Of a stretch of 64,000 nt of DNA, positions 49,501 through 59,697 are shown in pieces. The notes beneath the pieces were generated by a model that saw only the letters and a list, made by a program, of their open reading frames with translations, was not told the DNA's origin and ran no database searches. Origin of the DNA: Myxococcota bacterium. Lineage in GTDB: Bacteria; Myxococcota_A; UBA9042. Every line of letters begins with the position of its first letter. Position 1 is the first letter of the stretch. The stretch is taken from positions 3,700 to 67,699 of the forward strand of contig JBMOIG010000007.1 in the NCBI GenBank assembly GCA_049317445.1, in the 5' to 3' direction. Both the position numbers and the translations under genes were made by a program.

Positions 49501-50520
49501 ATGCTGTCCAGGTTCGTTCCCCAGCGCCGCAGTCGCCCAGTCCTCTGCCTTGCGCTCGCTTTGCTGGCGTTGATCACGGGCTGCAAGCACGCCGACTCGA
49601 CTCGCGCGGCCGCAGAAACTGCCGGTCAAGGTCGCGAGGTTCCGTACGTCGCAGAGCCCAACGCGGCCACCGCCACTGCCGCCCCCGCCGCCGCGCCGGC
49701 GCCCGCCACGCTGCCACGTGGCGTCGACGCCAAGGACCTGCCGGAGCGTGATCGTCAGACCCTCTTCGACATCCTGACCGAGCAGTTCGACCCCTGCGGC
49801 AAGCCGCGGACGATGGCCGAGTCGCTTCAGGCCGGCGACTGCGCGATCGCCCCCAAGCTGGCGGCGCTGATCGTGCGGCTGCTGCAGGAAGGCCAGACCA
49901 AGAAGGAAGTGATCCGCAGCCTGCTGGAGGAGGTGGAGCGTCTGAACACGGTCGCAACCTTCCAGCTCGCTGGCGCCCCCTTGCTGGGCCCCGAACAGGC
50001 GGTCGTGCCGGTGGTGCTGTTCTCCGACTTTGAGTGTCCTTACTGCCGCAAGGTCGCCGCACCGCTTGAGTTGTTGCAGAAGCACTACGGTATTACCCTG
50101 TATTACAAGAGCTTTCCGCTTCGACAGAACCACGTCCGTGCGGAGCCCGCTGCCCGCGCCGCTTGGGCCGCGCATCGGCAAGGCAAGTTCTGGCAGATGC
50201 ATGACGCACTGTTCACGGCCAAGCGGCTCGAGGACGCCGACTTCAAGCGCTTCGCAACCAAGATCGGCCTGGACGCCAAACGGTTCCAAGCCGACTTCGC
50301 CAGTCCAGAGGCGATCGCCGCCATCGACGCCGACATCGCCGAGGGCAGCGCTGCCGGTGTGCAGGGTACGCCGACGTTTTTCGTGAACGGGCGGCTGACC
50401 GACGGGCTGGACAAGCTGCAGGAGGCGATCCGCGAGGCCCTGACCGACGCTGGTCGCCCGGTACCGGAGGCGCTGTCGTCGGACGCGCTCGAGGCGACCG
50501 GCATCCAGAGGGCTCCATGA
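49501..50520 (+). CDS. DsbA-family thiol:disulfide oxidoreductase lipoprotein
   Basis: The lipobox is LITGC and the thioredoxin-fold active site is FSDFECPYC. A C-terminal cis-Pro region (GTPTFFVNG) is present. Confidence 0.85.
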   Translation: MLSRFVPQRRSRPVLCLALALLALITGCKHADSTRAAAETAGQGREVPYVAEPNAATATAAPAAAPAPATLPRGVDAKDLPERDRQTLFDILTEQFDPCGKPRTMAESLQAGDCAIAPKLAALIVRLLQEGQTKKEVIRSLLEEVERLNTVATFQLAGAPLLGPEQAVVPVVLFSDFECPYCRKVAAPLELLQKHYGITLYYKSFPLRQNHVRAEPAARAAWAAHRQGKFWQMHDALFTAKRLEDADFKRFATKIGLDAKRFQADFASPEAIAAIDADIAEGSAAGVQGTPTFFVNGRLTDGLDKLQEAIREALTDAGRPVPEALSSDALEATGIQRAP

Positions 50521-51203
50521 CGGCTTCGGGTACGGGAAAGGGCGGCCGCCTCATCGTGCTTGTCGGCCCTGCAGGTGCCGGCAAGACCACGATCGCGCAT
50601 CGCCTGATCGACCGGCAGCCGGCGCGGCGCGGCTTCAGCGTCAGCCACACCACTCGACCCATGCGGACGACCGAAACCAATGGCGTCGACTACTGGTTCG
50701 TCGAGCGGTCGGCCTTCGAACAGCTGCGCGACTCGGGTGGCTTCGCCGAGTGGGCCGAGGTCCACGGCCACTTCTACGGCACGTCGCTGCACGAGATCGA
50801 CCGAATGCGCGACGAAGGTCGCGACGCCCTGTTCGACATCGACATCGTCGGCGCCCTGAACCTGTACCGCCAGCTGCCCGACCGCACCCGGCTCGCCTTC
50901 CTGCTGCCGCCCAGTTGGCCCGTGCTGGTCGACCGCCTGCTGAAGCGGGGAACAGAGACGGAAACGACCGTGCGCCGTCGGCTGCGGACAGCTCGTCGGG
51001 AGTTGGAGGGGCTGGTCGCTTCCTCTGAGCCGTGGCACGTCTTCATCAACGACGCGCTCGAGCCGACTGTTGAGGCGATGGAGTCCCTGTTCGCGATTCG
51101 TGCCCCGTTGCCGACCGACGTGCGCCACCACGTGTGCGTGCGAGAGTTCCTGCGCGACGCGCGCTTGGACCCTCTGGCCGCCGATGAGCCGCCCCTAACC
51201 TGA
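50517..51203 (+). CDS. gmk: Guanylate kinase
   Basis: ATGA overlap with the upstream gene. The P-loop is GPAGAGKTT, plus SVSHTTRP and YYGTS-like (FYGTSLHEI) motifs. Confidence 0.88.
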   Translation: MTASGTGKGGRLIVLVGPAGAGKTTIAHRLIDRQPARRGFSVSHTTRPMRTTETNGVDYWFVERSAFEQLRDSGGFAEWAEVHGHFYGTSLHEIDRMRDEGRDALFDIDIVGALNLYRQLPDRTRLAFLLPPSWPVLVDRLLKRGTETETTVRRRLRTARRELEGLVASSEPWHVFINDALEPTVEAMESLFAIRAPLPTDVRHHVCVREFLRDARLDPLAADEPPLT

Positions 51204-51248
51204 ACGCCCCCTTCAGCCGGCACCCGCCGAGCCCAGAGACCAACGCCC

Positions 51249-52856
<1,608 letters not shown>

Positions 52857-52863
52857 TCTTCCC

Positions 52864-54036
52864 ATGCCCAACTCCCCTGCCACCAACACCGCCCTGGGCT
52901 GGCTCCGTACGGGCCAGGCCCCAGCGCAGCGCGTCGGCGAGGTCGTCCGGGCGCTGGCCCTCCTCAGCGGCGAGGTCCCCGTGACCCAAGCTGCGCTGCG
53001 AGGCATGAGTCCCGACGTCGAGTTGGCGTTGCTGGTCGAAGCCGATGCCCGTGGCCTGCTGGCACTGGTCGCGACCCTCGGCGAGCTCACGGTCCACAAG
53101 GAGACCGCCAAGCACACGAAAAAGCTGCTGTTTCGCGCCCGGCAACGCGGCGTGGTCGTCCCTGATCGGACCTCTGCCCGCCCCCCCGTAGACATGGCCC
53201 CCCATCCCGACCCGCTGCCCAGCTTTGCGACGTCGTTCGACAAGATCGGCACTCAGGTGCTGTTTCTGGGCGGCTGGTCGACGATCGACGGCCCGTGGTG
53301 CGCGGTCGGCGTGGTCTCCGACGAGGAAGGCCTGCTGTCCGCGCTGTACCTGCCGGACACCTCACGCACCCATGAACGCGAGATGATGGACCGGCTCAAG
53401 GTCCAGTTCAGCGTGATTCCTGTAGAAGTTCCTGCCGCTTTCGCTGCGGGCCGGCTCCGCTGGGGTCTGGACCGCCGGCTGGCGCTCAGCAAGACCGTCG
53501 AGGGCGATCTGCCTGAGGTGCGCCGCGCCGTCTCCGAAGCCCAGCCGATCCACGCGATCGAGGTCGCTCTGGACGCGGAGGACGAGGCGCACTTCGACGA
53601 CCGCATCGCCCAAGGCGCCGCGCTGGCTCGCGATCCTTGGTGCGAGAACTGGCTGGCCGCAGACCCGACCCTGTTGCGGCAGCTCGACGACGGTTTGGCG
53701 CTTCCGCTGAGCGTGCCGCTGCCGGCAGATGACGCTGAGGCAAGTCGCGTGCTCGCCGGTCGCCGTACGGACGCCGTGCGCAGTTGGTTTGACGCCGTGC
53801 GCCGGGTGCGCCTCGCGGAGCGGTTCGAACTGTCCGCCTGGCTGATGCTCAACGCCCACCGGCGCGATCAGGCGATCCTCGCGGTCGCCACTGCAAGGGG
53901 TCTGCGTGACCTGCAGCGCCCCATCGAATCGCTGGGCTACGTGACGGCCGCAATGGAGCGCGTGGCCCCCGTGGAGCGCCTGCTGGCCTACGAACGGCGC
54001 CGGGCCACCCACCCCGCGGGCGAATCGGCCACCTAG
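52864..54036 (+). CDS. Hypothetical protein
   Basis: A 390-aa ORF with normal composition. No family recognised. Confidence 0.55.
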   Translation: MPNSPATNTALGWLRTGQAPAQRVGEVVRALALLSGEVPVTQAALRGMSPDVELALLVEADARGLLALVATLGELTVHKETAKHTKKLLFRARQRGVVVPDRTSARPPVDMAPHPDPLPSFATSFDKIGTQVLFLGGWSTIDGPWCAVGVVSDEEGLLSALYLPDTSRTHEREMMDRLKVQFSVIPVEVPAAFAAGRLRWGLDRRLALSKTVEGDLPEVRRAVSEAQPIHAIEVALDAEDEAHFDDRIAQGAALARDPWCENWLAADPTLLRQLDDGLALPLSVPLPADDAEASRVLAGRRTDAVRSWFDAVRRVRLAERFELSAWLMLNAHRRDQAILAVATARGLRDLQRPIESLGYVTAAMERVAPVERLLAYERRRATHPAGESAT

Positions 54037-54058
54037 CTCAGTCCGGGAGCGGTCAGGC

Positions 54059-54757
54059 TCAGTTCGCCTCGACCAGCTCCGCCAGGCAGTCCTCGAAGAC
54101 CTCCGTCAGGTCCTCGATCTGCGACTCATCATCCAGTTCGCGTTCCAAGTTGCGTAGATAGACGACGACCGTGGTCTTGTCCCGCAGGTCCAACGCCCTT
54201 GTCAGCAGCTTGCCGCCCTTGGTCGGTCCCGGCGTGGGCACCTCCTGAAAGATGGGCTGCAACTTCAAGCCGTCCTTGGCGATCTCGCGCAGCACCTTCA
54301 GAATCGCCGCCTGTGCCCGCGGCCTGTCGAAGCGGGGCGGCGCCGGATACAGGCCCGGGTCACCCTCCGCTGCAAGCGCGTAGAGCTTGTCCGCCTCGGG
54401 GAACTGCCCCTGCAGCTCGTGCCACACCGCCTCCGCACGCTGCAACCGCGGGTCTTCACTGTCGATCGCGCGGGCCACCTCTACCTCGACGTGGGCGTCG
54501 TCGAAGCGTGCCAACTCGGTCAGCAGCACCGCCCGCATCGTGTACGCCTCGATCCACTCCGGGTCGCGCTGCACGTATTCCGCCAGCGACTTCAAGGCGT
54601 TCTCGGCCTGACCCAGCGCGATCTGCGCCTCGGCACGCCAAGCCCACCCGTCCGGGTCGTCCGGCGTCTCGCCGACAATGCGGCTCGCCAGGCTCAGCGC
54701 CTCGCGCGGGTCGTCGTCCAACAGGGCCTCGATTTCTTCGATGTCGCTTCTGCGCAT
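54059..54757 (-). CDS. TPR-like acidic cytoplasmic protein, hypothetical
   Basis: 232 aa with helical TPR-like repeats and an acidic C-terminus. It is convergent with the preceding gene. Confidence 0.6.
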   Translation of the reverse strand: MRRSDIEEIEALLDDDPREALSLASRIVGETPDDPDGWAWRAEAQIALGQAENALKSLAEYVQRDPEWIEAYTMRAVLLTELARFDDAHVEVEVARAIDSEDPRLQRAEAVWHELQGQFPEADKLYALAAEGDPGLYPAPPRFDRPRAQAAILKVLREIAKDGLKLQPIFQEVPTPGPTKGGKLLTRALDLRDKTTVVVYLRNLERELDDESQIEDLTEVFEDCLAELVEAN

Positions 54758-54974
54758 GACACGTCCTGTGCGGCCCGTGGGGCGGCGGTTGGGGTGTCGC
54801 CTACACCACGCCGGGACCCTGCGTCAATTCGCCCCACCCGTCGGGCCTTTGCCACCCGCGCCAACACCCCCAACCACATCGTTGTTTTCGCTTCCGTTTT
54901 CCGTCGCTGCGTTCCACAACCTCGCCCAACCGAACGTCCGTCCCAAACTTTCACGGTCATGACGACGCGGAGAC

Positions 54975-55003
54975 TTGACCCCTCCGAAAGCGGGGTGCTA
55001 AAT
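54975..55003 (+). promoter_or_regulatory. Sigma-70-like promoter candidate in a 573-bp divergent intergenic region
   Basis: TTGACC, a 17-nt spacer, then CTAAAT. It would give a roughly 320-nt leader before the exbB-like gene. Confidence 0.4.
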
Positions 55004-55330
55004 ACGGCGGCGTTCGGCTCGTCCGTCAGGGCGCGCAGCAACGCTTGTCGGCATGACAGCATGCATCCGACGCCGACACGGGGAGGGTCCCCGAACACAC
55101 CGAAGGGCATTCTTCTACCTCCCGTTCGTTTCGTCCCCAGGAGTCCTCCCCGACAGATTCCCCCGGCAACCGGTTCGCACCGAGAGCAGCGGGACCACGA
55201 AGAGGCGGACAGCAAGACGACGCGCAGAAGGCAGGAGCCCCAGAGCTGGGGGCAGCAGGGCGGTGTCCAGAGTCAGCCGCACACAAGTGCGGGTATCGAG
55301 CAGACAGCATCTTCACGGAGCAGACGACCG

Positions 55331-55996
55331 ATGTTTCACTCCATCGCAGAGATTTTTGAAGAAGGCGGCTGGGGAATGTGGCCCATCCTCGGGCACCTCG
55401 TCTTCATTCTGGCCATCATGTTCGAGCGCATCTTCGTGCTCTACATCCGGTCGAGTGTGAAGAAGGAGGAGTTCATCAAGCTCCTGCAAGTGCCGATCCT
55501 CAAGGGCGACCTGAATCGCGTGCTGAAGGTCTGCTCGACCTATCAGTACCCGCTGGCCCGCATCGTTCACGCTGGCGTCCTCAAGGTGAAGCGCTCGGAC
55601 GAAGAAGTTCAAGCGGCCATGGACGAGGCCTATCTGCGCGAGATCCCGCAGATCGAGAAGCGCGTCGACTACCTGAACTTGCTCGGCAACACGGCCACCC
55701 TGGCTGGTCTGCTCGGCACGATCTCGGGCCTGATCAATACGTTCTCGGCCATCGGCCGTCCGGACGTCGATCCGTCGCAGCGCTCCACCCTGCTCTCGCA
55801 GGGCATCTCGGAGGCCATGAACTGCACGGCGTTCGGTCTCGCGACCGGCATCGTCGGCGTGCTTTCGTTCGCGGTCCTGACCTCGAAGGCCAAGGAAATA
55901 AAGGCGGACATCGACGAGGGCACGGTTCGCGTGCTCAACCTGATCGTCGCCAACCGCAACAAGATGGGCGACATCAAGGATGACGCGGCCGCGTGA
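55331..55996 (+). CDS. MotA/TolQ/ExbB-family proton-channel protein
   Basis: It has three transmembrane helices in the MotA/TolQ/ExbB arrangement and the conserved C-terminal helix pair. Confidence 0.85.
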   Translation: MFHSIAEIFEEGGWGMWPILGHLVFILAIMFERIFVLYIRSSVKKEEFIKLLQVPILKGDLNRVLKVCSTYQYPLARIVHAGVLKVKRSDEEVQAAMDEAYLREIPQIEKRVDYLNLLGNTATLAGLLGTISGLINTFSAIGRPDVDPSQRSTLLSQGISEAMNCTAFGLATGIVGVLSFAVLTSKAKEIKADIDEGTVRVLNLIVANRNKMGDIKDDAAA

Positions 55997-56240
55997 TGCG
56001 GTGCGTTGCTCCACGGCGGGCTTCGGCCTGACGAGGGAGTGGGTGTCTGACCGACTCGTCTGCTCGACGTGTCCTGCGGCCCGGAGCCCTCCCTGAAATA
56101 CGGGATGGCTCCGGGGCCGCGGGCTGAGCAGCAGTACTCGCCCGGTGGGGCTGACCGGCAGCGGCCGGCGAGCTCCGTGAGACCGTCCCGGCTTCCCCGG
56201 AACGGTGATCAACGCTCGACGAACGGACAGGAGAGAGACG

Positions 56241-56849
56241 ATGGGTGGTGGTTCTTCAGGAAAAGGCGGCGTAGCCGACGCGACACTGAACGTCGTGCCC
56301 TTCATCGATCTGCTGGCGTGCACGATCTGCTTCCTGCTGATTTCGGCGGTGTGGACCCAGATGTCCCGCGTCGACGTCGACCAGGCCCTTCCCAAGGCGA
56401 GCAAGACTCCTCCCAAGGAGCAGCCCAAGAAGGAACCGAAGATCAACGTGGCCATCACGCCCACGGGATACTTGGTCAACCTGTTCAACCTCGAGACCAA
56501 GCCCGAGCTTGCACAGCCGAAGCGCATCCCGACCGATGGCGAGTTCCGACTCTGCCGCGGCAAGGGTTCGGTGACGTCGTGCCAGGGCCAAATCGAGGTC
56601 TTCAAGAAGTACAACCGCCCCGAGCTGCGGAAGACCCTGGCCGGCTTCATGAAAGAGGCTGGCTTGGGCGACAAGGTCAAGGTGATGGTCGTGGCATCTG
56701 ACAAGGTGCAGTACCTGCACTTGATCGGCACCCTCGACGCGATCCTCGGCTCCTGCATCGACGATGCGGCCAAGAAGAACTGCCTGAGAAACCCCGCCGT
56801 CGGCGATCAGAATCTGCTGAAAGCCGAAGGGTTCACGGACTTCAACTAG
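56241..56849 (+). CDS. ExbD/TolR-family protein 1
   Basis: A GGAGAGAG RBS. The single transmembrane helix LNVVPFIDLLACTICFLLI carries the conserved Asp. It has a long periplasmic domain. Confidence 0.8.
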   Translation: MGGGSSGKGGVADATLNVVPFIDLLACTICFLLISAVWTQMSRVDVDQALPKASKTPPKEQPKKEPKINVAITPTGYLVNLFNLETKPELAQPKRIPTDGEFRLCRGKGSVTSCQGQIEVFKKYNRPELRKTLAGFMKEAGLGDKVKVMVVASDKVQYLHLIGTLDAILGSCIDDAAKKNCLRNPAVGDQNLLKAEGFTDFN

Positions 56850-56920
56850 CCCTTGGCGGCCCTATCTGGCGCTGACGAACCGATCCGCCCCCAACGGCGG
56901 GCCCTAGACAGAGGAACGAG

Positions 56921-57520
56921 ATGGCTGTCCACCACCCCGGATCACGAGCCGGCCACGGCATTGCCCTCAAGACCATCCAGAAGACGGTCAAGACGGGCGG
57001 AAGCAAGGCTATCTTTGCGACGCTGAACGTCGTGCCCATGATCGACCTCTTCATCATGCTCGTCATCTTTCTGATCCAGTCGTTCAGCGCGGCCGGCGAA
57101 CTGATGCTCGTTAACCCGAACGTCGCCATGCCCAAGGCCTCGTCGAAGGCCGAACTCGAGCGAGCGCCCATGGTCGCCCTGACCCGCGGCGACGGCAGCA
57201 CCCTTGGCGAAATGCTCTTTGAGAACAAGCGCATCATGAGCCTGGGCGACGTCAACGAGGTCAAGTACCCCAGCTGGGACATCAAGCCCCTGGCCGAGGT
57301 GTTGAAGAGTTCTTGGAAGTTCCAGCAGAACCCGAAGAACCCTCAGAAGGTTCGCGAAAACCGCAAGGTCATCATCCAATCCGACCGCACCGTGCCCTTC
57401 CAGGTCATCAAGATGGTCATGGCCACGTGTGGTCGTAATGAATACCGCGAGCCCAACTTCGCGATCATGGTCGACGGACGTGGCGACGAAGGGTTGGCTG
57501 GACCCGCGGCGCCTCCGTAG
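56921..57520 (+). CDS. ExbD/TolR-family protein 2
   Basis: The transmembrane helix LNVVPMIDLFIMLVIFLI carries the conserved Asp. Confidence 0.8.
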   Translation: MAVHHPGSRAGHGIALKTIQKTVKTGGSKAIFATLNVVPMIDLFIMLVIFLIQSFSAAGELMLVNPNVAMPKASSKAELERAPMVALTRGDGSTLGEMLFENKRIMSLGDVNEVKYPSWDIKPLAEVLKSSWKFQQNPKNPQKVRENRKVIIQSDRTVPFQVIKMVMATCGRNEYREPNFAIMVDGRGDEGLAGPAAPP

Positions 57521-57587
57521 TTCGATGACGCGCGGTCGCGCCCTGCTCCCCCCGCATCCTCGCTGCACGTGACCAAGGGGCTTTCCC

Positions 57588-58367
57588 ATGCCCGGCTTTC
57601 TAGCCCACTCGGCCGATCCCTTCTTCCCCACAGCCCGCCTTCGATCTCCGATCAGCGTGCGCGTTGCCATCAGCCTGCTGGTGGGCATCGTCTCGCTGCT
57701 GGCCGCCGCTTCCGAGGGCTGGGCGAGACCTGCCTCTCGCGTGTTCCTGAACGGCGTGCTCTCACCCGTATGGTTCAACGACGGCGACAGCTTCGCGGTT
57801 TTGGCGGGGCCGTATGCCGGCACCAAGGCTCGGCTTGCCGGCTACAACACGCTCGAGAGCTTCGGCAACGTGCACAAGTGGGGCGACTGGAAGGCTTCTG
57901 AGCTGTACGTCAACGCCAAGATGGCCACGCTGAACGCTCGAAGAGGGACCTGGCGCTGCACCTCGGACCTCCAACGTGACGGCTACGGCCGCATCCTCTG
58001 GGACTGCCCGGACCTTGCCGTCGACCAGATCCGCAAGGGCTTGGCGCACGCAATGACCGTGACCAAACTGCCGTCGCCCGACCGGTACATCGCCGCGCAG
58101 AAAGCCGCGATCGCCGAGAAGCGGGGCATGTGGGCCAAGGGCGTGCCGAAGTACATCCTGACGTCAGCGCACTCGAACGACGAGGGCTACGACGGCACGA
58201 CGTACAACCGCACCGTTTCGACCGAAGACGGCCACTCCGAGAAGTGGATCCACCTGGACATGTACAAGACGTGCCAGTGGGTCTGCCATGAGGCTGGGGC
58301 CTGTCACCTGTACGTCCCGTTCTCCCGCCGCTACGGCCAGGGAGCGGCGACGTGCTTGCACGATTGA
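57588..58367 (+). CDS. Staphylococcal-nuclease-like (SNase/thermonuclease) secreted nuclease
   Basis: An N-terminal signal anchor is followed by SNc motifs: FNDGDSF, RLAGYNTLES, RDGYGRILWD. Confidence 0.75.
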   Translation: MPGFLAHSADPFFPTARLRSPISVRVAISLLVGIVSLLAAASEGWARPASRVFLNGVLSPVWFNDGDSFAVLAGPYAGTKARLAGYNTLESFGNVHKWGDWKASELYVNAKMATLNARRGTWRCTSDLQRDGYGRILWDCPDLAVDQIRKGLAHAMTVTKLPSPDRYIAAQKAAIAEKRGMWAKGVPKYILTSAHSNDEGYDGTTYNRTVSTEDGHSEKWIHLDMYKTCQWVCHEAGACHLYVPFSRRYGQGAATCLHD

Positions 58368-58408
58368 TCTGTCGCGCCGAGCGGACCTTCCGCCCATCTG
58401 AGGAGCGC

Positions 58409-59677
58409 ATGCTGCCCTCTCGAACCCTACCTTCTCGCCCGGTCCTCGGAGTCGCCTGCGTCGCTGGCTTGCTCGCGGTGGCGATGAGCGGCTGCTACGA
58501 CGTTCCTGTGACCAAGGACGGCGTCTTGCCTGTGCTTGGCTACGAGGCCGACAACCAGACCTGCAGCGACGGCATCGACAACGATCAGGACGGGATGATC
58601 GACTGCGATGACGTCGATTGCCTGCTGCTGTCGACCTTCTGCGGTGAGTACGTGCCGGCCGTTCCGACCTTCGAGGTCGAGAACACCGTCGAGCTCTGCG
58701 CCGACTTTCAGGACAACGACGACGACGGCCAGTTCGACTGCGGCGACAAGAAGTGTCAGAACCTGGCCGAGGCGTGCTGCCTTCGGGAATTCACCAACGA
58801 ACTCTGCAGCGACGGCAAGGACAACGACGGCAACGGCTACACCGACTGCAAGGACTACGGCTGCAGCAAGGGCATGTTCGTGACGGTGTGCACCGAGGAC
58901 TCCGACGTCGACTCGGCCGCGTGCACGGACGGCAAGGACAACGACGGCGACGGCAAGACCGATTGCGCCGATACGGGCTGCGACACCGTCCCCGCGTGCT
59001 TGCCGGCCAGCGAGCCCGAGGACACGCTGGCCAAGTGTCAGGACGGGATCGACAACGACGGCAACAAGTACATCGATTGCTTGGACTTCTCGTGCAGCAA
59101 GTCCAAGGACGCCGCCGTTGCCGAGTACTGCGCCACCGCGCCTGCTCTGGCCGAAGACACCGTGGCCCTGTGCAGCGACGGGCTCGACAACGACAAGAAC
59201 GGCTACATCGACTGCAACGACTTCTCCTGCAGCTCCAAGGGCACCCAAGAGGCGATGGACTACTGCGTCTCGATTGGCGAGAACACGGTGGCCAAGTGCT
59301 CGGACGGCATCGACAACGACAACAACGGCTTTGTCGACTGCGGCGACTACTCGTGCTCGCAGGCCGACGACTCCGCCGTGGTCAAGTACTGCGCGTCTGT
59401 CCTCGAAGTGACGTTCGAGCGTTGCAGCGACGACATCGACAACGATGGCAACGGCTACACCGACTGCGAAGACTACTCGTGCCGCAACTCGACCGACCTC
59501 TCGGTCAAGCAGGCGTGTCAGGAGAGCTTGGGCGACGGCACCGCGAAGTGCAGCGACGGCATCGACAACGACAAAGACGGATACGTCGACTGCGACGACT
59601 GGGATTGCAACTGGAACCCCGCCGTCGACATCTGCAAGAACAAGACGACCGGCAAGCCCCGGGTCTGCGGGTTCTAG
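58409..59677 (+). CDS. Lipoprotein built from about 10 tandem Cys/Asp-rich repeats (C-x-D-G-x-D-N-D-x-D-G-x-x-D-C-x-D-x-x-C)
   Basis: A GAGGAG RBS; the lipobox is AMSGC. The repeat can be read directly in the translation. It is acidic, with a DxDxDG calcium-loop-like core bracketed by Cys. Confidence 0.8.
   Translation: MLPSRTLPSRPVLGVACVAGLLAVAMSGCYDVPVTKDGVLPVLGYEADNQTCSDGIDNDQDGMIDCDDVDCLLLSTFCGEYVPAVPTFEVENTVELCADFQDNDDDGQFDCGDKKCQNLAEACCLREFTNELCSDGKDNDGNGYTDCKDYGCSKGMFVTVCTEDSDVDSAACTDGKDNDGDGKTDCADTGCDTVPACLPASEPEDTLAKCQDGIDNDGNKYIDCLDFSCSKSKDAAVAEYCATAPALAEDTVALCSDGLDNDKNGYIDCNDFSCSSKGTQEAMDYCVSIGENTVAKCSDGIDNDNNGFVDCGDYSCSQADDSAVVKYCASVLEVTFERCSDDIDNDGNGYTDCEDYSCRNSTDLSVKQACQESLGDGTAKCSDGIDNDKDGYVDCDDWDCNWNPAVDICKNKTTGKPRVCGF
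58562..59634 (+). repeat. Intragenic tandem repeat array (about 96-110 nt units) encoding Cys/Asp modules
   Basis: There are about 10 iterations of ...CSDGIDNDxDGxxDCxDxxC... at protein level, with GACAACGAC / GACGGC recurring at DNA level. Confidence 0.8.
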
Positions 59678-59697
59678 CAACGGAAAGTGAGGTCATC

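Noticed and set aside
58427-59680. 417-aa minus-strand ORF
   Set aside because: It is the antisense of the Cys/Asp repeat lipoprotein. It is a repetitive Val/Ala/Asp artefact of the repeat DNA.
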